DNA of 64,000 nucleotides from NCBI RefSeq assembly GCF_054482525.1, contig NZ_CM137006.1; one strand, 5' to 3'. Shown piece by piece: positions 58,184 to 64,000 of this stretch (position 1 is its first letter; each line of letters starts with the position of its first letter). The notes under the pieces were generated by a model. It saw only the letters and a program-made list of their open reading frames with translations, ran no database searches and was not told where the DNA came from. The position numbers and the translations under genes were made by a program.

Positions 58184-59386
58184 TTATTTATTCACAATTT
58201 GAGACATCACATAATCCGCCCATGCCTGCATCATCGGTACACGCTGCTCCAGTAGATCAGTACGATGATATGCCGCCTCAACCTTATTTTTCAGCGTATG
58301 AGCGAGCGCCCTTTCCGCCAGATCCCGCGAATACCCCTGTTCGCTACACCAGTCCCTGAATGTTGAGCGAAAACCATGTGCCGTGGCAACTCGCCCCGGA
58401 ATGTCACTGACGGCTTTCTTTTTACGCAGAAAACTTGTCAACACCATATCGGAAAGGATCTGCTGCTTTCTGGGTGAAGGGAACACCAGTTCATCATGCA
58501 GGCCACGTATATTTTCCAGAATGTAAATAGCCTGCCGGGATAAAGGAACACGATGCTGTAGCCTAGCTTTCATTCTTTCTGCAGGTATAGTCCATACCCG
58601 CTTATGAAAATCAATTTCAGCCCAGCGCATTCCCCTGGCTTCGCCCGAGCGAGTTGCTGTAAGTATCACCATTAATAACAGTGCGCGGGTAACATTATAA
58701 GGTTCATCGGTATACACACTGGTCGCCACAAAAAGCGGTAACTGCCTCCAGGGCATTGCGGGTTGGTGTTCATCACGTCCTCTTGTCTGCTGAGGAAGCA
58801 AATGGTCAACCACATCAACAGGATTTGCTACACAAAAACCGTGCGCCCATCCCCACTGCATAACAACATGAATGCGCTGTTTAACCCGGCTTGCCGTTTC
58901 TGACAAGGTTAACCAGACTGGACGCAGTGTTTCTGCCACGTCCGCAGCCGTAATCGAATCCAGCGTTTTTGCTCCCAGTTGAGGAAACGCGTAATTCTCA
59001 AGCGTCGATAACCACTGCCTTACATGCTTTGGATTTTCCCATCCAGGAGACAGTTCTGCATGTACACGCCTGGCTGCATCGGCAAATGTTGGGATAGCGA
59101 CTTTCTCAGATTCAGCCTTTTTAATCTCCAGAGGATCATCACCTGCAGCAAGTTGCTCTCGCATTATCCGGGCAGTACGTGCAGCTTCAGCAATACTGAC
59201 CTCTGGGTAAGTTCCCAATCCAGCATTACGTCTTTTTTGTGTCACCGGACTTACATAACGAAAAACCCATTTCCCCCGCCCCTTTACTGAAGAAGGATGA
59301 AGGGTCAGTCCGGTAATTCCCCCATGGGGCAATGGTTTGTCATCAGGTTTGATATGTCTTGCTTTCGTATCCGTCAATACTGCCAT
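58184..59386 (-). CDS. int: Tyrosine recombinase / P4-type integrase (IntA/CP4-57 family)
   Basis: 400 aa; N-terminal MAVLTDTKARHIKPDDKPLPHGGITGL... (DUF4102-type arm-binding), C-terminal catalytic region with R...HxxR...Y (ATAHGFRSTFRDW...AYHRTD). Confidence 0.85.
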   Translation of the reverse strand: MAVLTDTKARHIKPDDKPLPHGGITGLTLHPSSVKGRGKWVFRYVSPVTQKRRNAGLGTYPEVSIAEAARTARIMREQLAAGDDPLEIKKAESEKVAIPTFADAARRVHAELSPGWENPKHVRQWLSTLENYAFPQLGAKTLDSITAADVAETLRPVWLTLSETASRVKQRIHVVMQWGWAHGFCVANPVDVVDHLLPQQTRGRDEHQPAMPWRQLPLFVATSVYTDEPYNVTRALLLMVILTATRSGEARGMRWAEIDFHKRVWTIPAERMKARLQHRVPLSRQAIYILENIRGLHDELVFPSPRKQQILSDMVLTSFLRKKKAVSDIPGRVATAHGFRSTFRDWCSEQGYSRDLAERALAHTLKNKVEAAYHRTDLLEQRVPMMQAWADYVMSQIVNK

Positions 59387-59542
59387 ACGCTAATTCCCGT
59401 CACTCTGGTATGCCATCCAGTATGCCATTAGTCTCTCGCTTCACTAAGAATACATTAGATAATATCGGACAACAAAAAGTGTAATACATTGTTTATAATG
59501 AAATTATATAACACCCCTGGATTAAGTCAGATTTATTTCAGG

Positions 59543-59600
59543 CGGTCCCCCTCACCGCCATATTCAAAGAAGAGCTCGTACGAAAGTGCGAGCTTTTTTT
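59543..59600 (+). repeat. Direct repeat copy A: tRNA-Ser (serW/serX-type) 3'-end core CCCCCTCACCGCCA + downstream terminator hairpin (GCTCGTACGAAAGTGCGAGC-T8)
   Basis: About 58-bp module repeated at 59736-59792. It carries the last 14 nt of tRNA-Ser(GGA) as recalled, but no tRNA body is present. Confidence 0.55.
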
Positions 59601-59735
59601 TCGCATATTGCACTCCAGGGGGGATGAGAAGCCCCGACCGGGGTTCGACAACTGGCGCAGCCAGTTGGACAGACCACGAACGCAGTGAGTGGGCTGCCCG
59701 CAGGGCGAGCGAAGCGAGTCAATCCCCCCCCTCAC

Positions 59736-59792
59736 CGCCATATTCAAAGAAGAGCTCGTACGAAAGTACGAGTTTTTTTTCGCATTTTATCT
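59736..59792 (+). repeat. Direct repeat copy B: tRNA-Ser 3'-end (AATCCCCCCCCTCACCGCCA) + terminator hairpin
   Basis: Longer match to the serW 3' end (about 20 nt) than copy A. An att-like remnant adjacent to the island/int side. Confidence 0.55.
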
Positions 59793-59870
59793 GCCTGTAC
59801 GGCAGTGAACGGTATAAAAATCGAGTTTTTCTTTCGGTTGGCTTTCTAAGCTGCCTGTACGGCAGTGAAC
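59783..59870 (-). CRISPR. Orphan type I-F CRISPR mini-array (2 repeats, 1 spacer) at the clpA-infA-side locus (E. coli CRISPR4-like)
   Basis: Repeat 2 TTTCTAAGCTGCCTGTACGGCAGTGAAC (59843-59870) is the exact reverse complement of the E. coli I-F repeat GTTCACTGCCGTACAGGCAGCTTAGAAA. Repeat 1 (59783-59810) is degenerate in 8 positions. 32-bp spacer ggtataaaaatcgagtttttctttcggttggc at 59811-59842. No cas genes nearby. Confidence 0.7.
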
Positions 59871-60019
59871 TCAAATACTACACGTCTAGCCCGTTGTTAA
59901 TAAAGCAAAACCATCTCATTTTCCTGCTACCACCCTTTTTTATCCTTACCTTCCCGCAGCACTAATTATCAACAACTTACAATCATCATCAAAAAAAGGG
60001 TCTGAACCTCCTCCACCCC

Positions 60020-60058
60020 ATAAATAAAAAGTCCGTAACCTCTTTCGAGATTACGGAC
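60020..60058 (-). terminator. Rho-independent terminator downstream of clpA
   Basis: Hairpin GTCCGTAA...TTACGGAC (60031-60058) followed on the - strand by a TTTTTATTTAT run. Confidence 0.55.
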
Positions 60059-60083
60059 TTCACCAACCTACCTAACAATTAGA

Positions 60084-62360
60084 TTAATGCGTTGCTTCCG
60101 CCTTGTGCTTTTGTGCACTCTGGAATCCGTAAGTCAGCTCATTTTTCTCTTTATCCAGCGCGACGGTGACCTGACCGCCGTCCACCAGCGAACCAAACAG
60201 CAGTTCGTTGGCGAGCGGTTTTTTCAGGTTGTCCTGGATGACACGCGCCATCGGACGTGCGCCCATTGCCCGGTCGTAACCTTTCTCGGCCAGCCAGTTA
60301 CGCGCTTCCTGGCTCACTTCCAGAGAAACACCTTTCTGATCCAACTGAACCTGCAACTCGACGATGAATTTATCCACTACCTGATGGATCACGTCGGTGG
60401 AGAGATGATCGAACCAGATAATGTTGTCGAGACGGTTACGAAACTCCGGCGTAAAGATCTTCTTGATCTCTTCCATCGCATCGGTGCTGTTGTCCTGGTG
60501 GATAAGACCAATCGATTTACGCTCAGTTTCTCGTACCCCAGCGTTGGTGGTCATCACCAATACCACGTTACGGAAGTCCGCTTTGCGTCCGTTGTTATCG
60601 GTCAGCGTACCGTTGTCCATCACCTGCAACAGAATATTGAACACGTCCGGGTGCGCTTTCTCGATTTCGTCCAGCAGCAGCACCGCATGTGGATGCTTGA
60701 TGACCGCATCAGTCAGCAAACCGCCCTGATCAAAACCAACGTATCCCGGAGGCGCACCAATCAGACGGCTGACGGTATGGCGTTCCATATACTCGGACAT
60801 ATCAAAGCGCAGAAGCTCAATGCCCAAAGCTTTCGAAAGCTGTACCGTCACCTCTGTTTTCCCGACCCCGGTAGGGCCTGCAAACAGGAACGAACCGACC
60901 GGTTTATGTTCGTGACCTAAACCTGCACGCGCCATCTTAATGGCTTCAGTCAGCGCCTCAATGGCTTTATCCTGACCGAAGACCAGCATTTTCAGGCGAT
61001 CGCCGAGGTTTTTCAGGGTATCGCGGTCACTCTGAGAAACACTCTTCTCTGGAATGCGTGCAATACGGGCCACCACGGACTCAATATCCGCCACATTAAC
61101 GGTTTTCTTGCGTTTGCTTACCGGCATCAGGCGTGCGCGAGCGCCCGCTTCGTCGATAACGTCAATGGCTTTATCCGGCAGATGACGATCGTTAATGTAT
61201 TTCACCGCCAGCTCTACCGCTGCACGCACCGCTTTTGCGGTATAACGCACGTCGTGGTGCGCTTCATACTTCGGTTTCAGGCCATTGATGATTTGAACAG
61301 TTTCTTCGATCGACGGTTCAGTAATATCAATTTTCTGGAAGCGACGCGCCAGAGCACGGTCTTTCTCGAAAATGTTGCTGAACTCCTGATAGGTTGTCGA
61401 ACCAATTACGCGAATTTTACCGCTGGAGAGCAGCGGTTTGATCAGGTTAGCCGCATCGACCTGGCCACCAGAGGCTGCACCCGCACCGATAATGGTGTGG
61501 ATCTCATCAATAAACAGGATGCTGTTAGTATCCTGCTCCAGCTGCTTGAGCAACGCTTTAAAACGTTTTTCAAAGTCGCCGCGATATTTAGTGCCCGCTA
61601 ACAGAGAACCGATATCGAGAGAGTAAATCGTACAGTCAGCCATCACTTCCGGCACATCGCCCTGAACAATTCGCCAGGCAAGACCTTCCGCAATCGCGGT
61701 TTTACCGACACCAGATTCCCCCACCAGCAGCGGGTTGTTTTTACGGCGACGGCAGAGAACCTGAATAGCACGCTCCAGCTCCTTCTCACGACCAATCAGT
61801 GGGTCGATTCCGCCCACACGCGCAAGCTGATTCAGGTTCGTCGTGAAATTCTCCATACGTTCCTCCCCACCAGCTTGTTCTTCGCTGTTTGGCTGGCTGC
61901 CAGGATCAGAAGACTGTGTCGGCTCGTCTTTACGCGTGCCATGAGAGATAAAGTTCACCACATCGAGACGGCTGACTTCATGTTTACGCAACAGATATGC
62001 CGCCTGCGACTCCTGTTCGCTAAAGATAGCGACCAGAACGTTTGCACCGGTAACCTCATTGCGACCGGAGGACTGGACATGGAAGACCGCACGTTGCAGT
62101 ACACGCTGAAAACTCAGCGTCGGCTGTGTGTCGCGCTCCTCTTCACTGGCAGGCAGAACGGGTGTGGTTTGTTCAATAAAGGCTTCCAGTTCCTGACGGA
62201 GCGCAACCAAATCCACAGAACACGCTTCCAGCGCCTCCCGGGCAGATGGGTTACTGAGCAGCGCCAGTAACAAGTGCTCGACGGTCATAAACTCATGACG
62301 GTGCTCGCGCGCTCTGGCGAAAGCCATATTTAAACTGAGTTCCAGTTCTTGATTGAGCAT
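60084..62360 (-). CDS. clpA: ATP-dependent Clp protease ATP-binding subunit ClpA
   Basis: [35 protein letters not shown]... and two AAA+ modules ([16 protein letters not shown]), essentially E. coli ClpA. The ORF-track start at 62375 is a 5-codon in-frame extension. Confidence 0.95.
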   Translation of the reverse strand: MLNQELELSLNMAFARAREHRHEFMTVEHLLLALLSNPSAREALEACSVDLVALRQELEAFIEQTTPVLPASEEERDTQPTLSFQRVLQRAVFHVQSSGRNEVTGANVLVAIFSEQESQAAYLLRKHEVSRLDVVNFISHGTRKDEPTQSSDPGSQPNSEEQAGGEERMENFTTNLNQLARVGGIDPLIGREKELERAIQVLCRRRKNNPLLVGESGVGKTAIAEGLAWRIVQGDVPEVMADCTIYSLDIGSLLAGTKYRGDFEKRFKALLKQLEQDTNSILFIDEIHTIIGAGAASGGQVDAANLIKPLLSSGKIRVIGSTTYQEFSNIFEKDRALARRFQKIDITEPSIEETVQIINGLKPKYEAHHDVRYTAKAVRAAVELAVKYINDRHLPDKAIDVIDEAGARARLMPVSKRKKTVNVADIESVVARIARIPEKSVSQSDRDTLKNLGDRLKMLVFGQDKAIEALTEAIKMARAGLGHEHKPVGSFLFAGPTGVGKTEVTVQLSKALGIELLRFDMSEYMERHTVSRLIGAPPGYVGFDQGGLLTDAVIKHPHAVLLLDEIEKAHPDVFNILLQVMDNGTLTDNNGRKADFRNVVLVMTTNAGVRETERKSIGLIHQDNSTDAMEEIKKIFTPEFRNRLDNIIWFDHLSTDVIHQVVDKFIVELQVQLDQKGVSLEVSQEARNWLAEKGYDRAMGARPMARVIQDNLKKPLANELLFGSLVDGGQVTVALDKEKNELTYGFQSAQKHKAEATH

Positions 62361-62390
62361 AGGCACCTCCCCCAATTTTTATGCCTGCAT

Positions 62391-62711
62391 TCAGGCTTTT
62401 TCTAGCGTACACAGCAATGGATGCTCATTCTCCCTCGCGTACTTGTTCACCATCGCCACTTTGGTTTCTGCAACCTCGGCGGTAAAGACTCCGCAAATGG
62501 CCTTCCCCTGGTAGTGAACAGCGAGCATCAATTGCGTTGCACGTTCTACATCATAAGAAAAGAATTTTTGTAACACGTCAATAACAAACTCCATCGGAGT
62601 GTAATCATCATTGACTAATATCACTTTATACATAGATGGCGGTTTTAGCGCGTCGCGAACTTTTTCTTCCGCCAGTTGATCAAAGTCCAGCCAGTCGTTC
62701 GTTTTACCCAT
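62391..62711 (-). CDS. clpS: ClpA adaptor ClpS
   Basis: [51 protein letters not shown]..., matching E. coli ClpS. Confidence 0.95.
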
Positions 62712-63497
62712 TGTCAGTTATCATCTTCGGTTACGGTTATCGGCAGAACGCCCTGCCGCTGACAAGAGCTTATTTGCCTGACCAATCTACTCCACATGAT
62801 AGATAACTATCATTTATATCATTTAGTTAATTAGTCTTTATTTTTCATTATGTTGCAAATAACAAGCCCGTCAAAAACAGTGATATTAACTACACCATTA
62901 ACTACACCGCTTCACGAACAATATCGAACAACCGCGAACAAAGATCAACACGCTTTAATCATTATCATTTTCCGGCTATCCGTCATGAAGCTGGTGGATG
63001 ATCTGCGTGGTGATTTCCACCATTCAGAGCAGGGGCGGTCATCATGACCATGCCATAACAAAAACCCCATATTCGTGGTTTTTCTGTGTCGGGGCTATTC
63101 TGCTGTTGCCGTGCTGGTGGATATTCTCCGGTATGCGGCTCCCCATATCGGCATCAGGCCCACCAGCGTGAAGCGTTTTTCATTTTTCGCGGGTATAAAA
63201 AATCGATGGGGCTGGCAGTCCTGAAGACGTCAGGGTACGGAGATTTGACCCGCCCCTCCCTGTGCATGAGCACAATAAGTAACCGAAGGCGGAATTCCGC
63301 CCTCGGTACTTACATATGAGAAACGATATTTCTTCCACCGATACCCTTTATTTGGGTATTGCGAGTAAGCCCCAAAATCTGGGTGTTACTCTTACTACCC
63401 AAACTACGGGTAGTTTCCGTAGTTTCATGGTCGAGTTGCAAATCTGCAACTCACCCACCAGCCAACGCAATTTTGCGTTATCGGGAATATCAGCAAG

Positions 63498-63785
63498 TTA
63501 CCGCCGCAGTCGTTCCGGCTTCTTCCACTGGTAAGTATTTTTCGCGCTCTCCCTCCGTTGTTGAGAACGGCGACGGTATGCCAGCAACTCAAGGACTCTG
63601 GTTCGTATGTTGCGCATATCCACGCCGTTAAGCTCAATACCATCACGGCGCATCACCTCAGCAACAACACGCGCGTAATTTTCAGCGGTGACTGTATCCG
63701 GCTGCGCGGCCTGTTCGTCAGCCAACTGGCTGATTCCACCAGCACAGCGGATTAATCGCAGTATTTCAGATTCGGTCATTATCAT
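63498..63785 (-). CDS. Hypothetical phage/prophage-like protein
   Basis: 95-aa ORF overlapping the next ORF's end by 4 bp. No assignable family. Confidence 0.3.
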   Translation of the reverse strand: MIMTESEILRLIRCAGGISQLADEQAAQPDTVTAENYARVVAEVMRRDGIELNGVDMRNIRTRVLELLAYRRRSQQRRESAKNTYQWKKPERLRR

Positions 63786-63979
63786 GCCTGTTTTGCGACC
63801 TCATTCACTACGTCATTTTTTACCATCCGGCTGATAATCTGATTACACAAATCGTCAATAATTGACTGCACTCTGTTTACTGCCATCGGTTTAAGCCCGG
63901 CATCACGTGCCAGAATATTGGGGAGTTTTGCCAGTTCCTCGCTTACGATTTCCCCCCATATAGCCATCTCTTTTCGCAC
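63782..63979 (-). CDS. Hypothetical phage/prophage-like small protein
   Basis: 65-aa ORF, 4-bp overlap with the downstream ORF. A further upstream gene appears to continue off the window end. Confidence 0.3.
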   Translation of the reverse strand: MRKEMAIWGEIVSEELAKLPNILARDAGLKPMAVNRVQSIIDDLCNQIISRMVKNDVVNEVAKQA

Positions 63980-64000
63980 ATCATCGGCGGGTATGAGTTG

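Noticed and set aside
59543-59792. The two 58-bp hairpin-containing repeats as a CRISPR-like array
   Set aside because: Each unit is a tRNA-Ser 3' end plus an intrinsic terminator, not a CRISPR repeat. The genuine I-F repeats are the separate 28-mers at 59783-59870.
60087-62270. +strand ORFs (277 aa, 139 aa, 131 aa) within clpA
   Set aside because: Antisense to ClpA, which matches E. coli ClpA essentially end to end.
63086-63319. 77-aa +strand ORF after clpS
   Set aside because: Cys/Arg-rich translation without start-context support. The region looks non-coding, and cspD was searched for and not found.

Overview
This window reads as a mosaic of Escherichia coli accessory DNA, apparently part chromosome and part mobile element. 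Neighbourhoods that lie far apart in E. coli K-12 (CP4-44/flu, hsd, garD/aga, rsmI, serW-clpA) are juxtaposed here, so large rearrangement, island insertion or an assembled composite seems likely. Every call below comes from reading the six-frame translations and the DNA by eye. No database search was run, and sequence similarities are judged from memory.

Contents, left to right:
- **1–8.7 kb:** the tail of a CP4-44/CP4-57-like cryptic prophage island on the minus strand. It carries an antirestriction gene fragment, a DUF932 protein, small ORFs, a YeeR-like membrane protein, Antigen 43 (flu) with its Dam/OxyR GATC-triad switch, and a YeeP-like GTPase.
- **8.8–12.9 kb:** a roughly 1.3 kb cassette flanked by 37-bp imperfect direct repeats, holding a terminator-capped small hydrophobic ORF and a membrane-anchored protein. 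It is followed by a low-GC orphan gene and an HNH-domain gene.
- **12.9–23.7 kb:** a type I restriction-modification locus (hsdM-hsdS-[darT-darG]-hsdR-M48/YgjP), with the DarTG toxin-antitoxin pair embedded between hsdS and hsdR. It ends in a truncated ORF and an IS3-family (IS600-like) remnant.
- **23.9–28.1 kb:** a DcuA-like transporter, an Asp/Glu racemase and a LysR regulator, then an IS200 copy whose tnpA is frameshifted.
- **28.6 kb:** a degenerate tRNA-Ile2-like relic.
- **29.4–33.9 kb:** the deoxyribose operon deoQ / deoKPX.
- **34–42.9 kb:** a decayed stretch, a multi-lesion garD pseudogene, agaR, a kbaY 3' fragment, a MalX-like PTS EIICB, a MalY-like lyase, a secreted hydrolase-like protein and a decayed rsmI fragment.
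- **42.9–59.5 kb:** a P4/CP4-like integrative island with a tyrosine integrase, AlpA, a DUF3987 protein and a YfjJ-like protein. Its cargo includes a 605-aa low-GC orphan gene next to int.
  - The most notable feature lies here. It is a two-gene operon encoding a roughly 1657-aa protein (NERD nuclease-like domain, two kinase-like domains, then an Upf1-like SF1 helicase) and a translationally coupled 478-aa partner.
  - The large gene is split by an intact IS629 with a 3-bp target duplication; removing the IS restores one continuous reading frame.
  - I read this as a candidate, apparently undescribed, Mokosh/Nhi-like antiviral system that has been insertionally inactivated.
- **59.5–64 kb:** duplicated serW 3'-end/terminator modules, an orphan type I-F CRISPR mini-array (two repeats, one spacer), clpA and clpS. 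cspD is absent, and phage-like ORFs run off the end.
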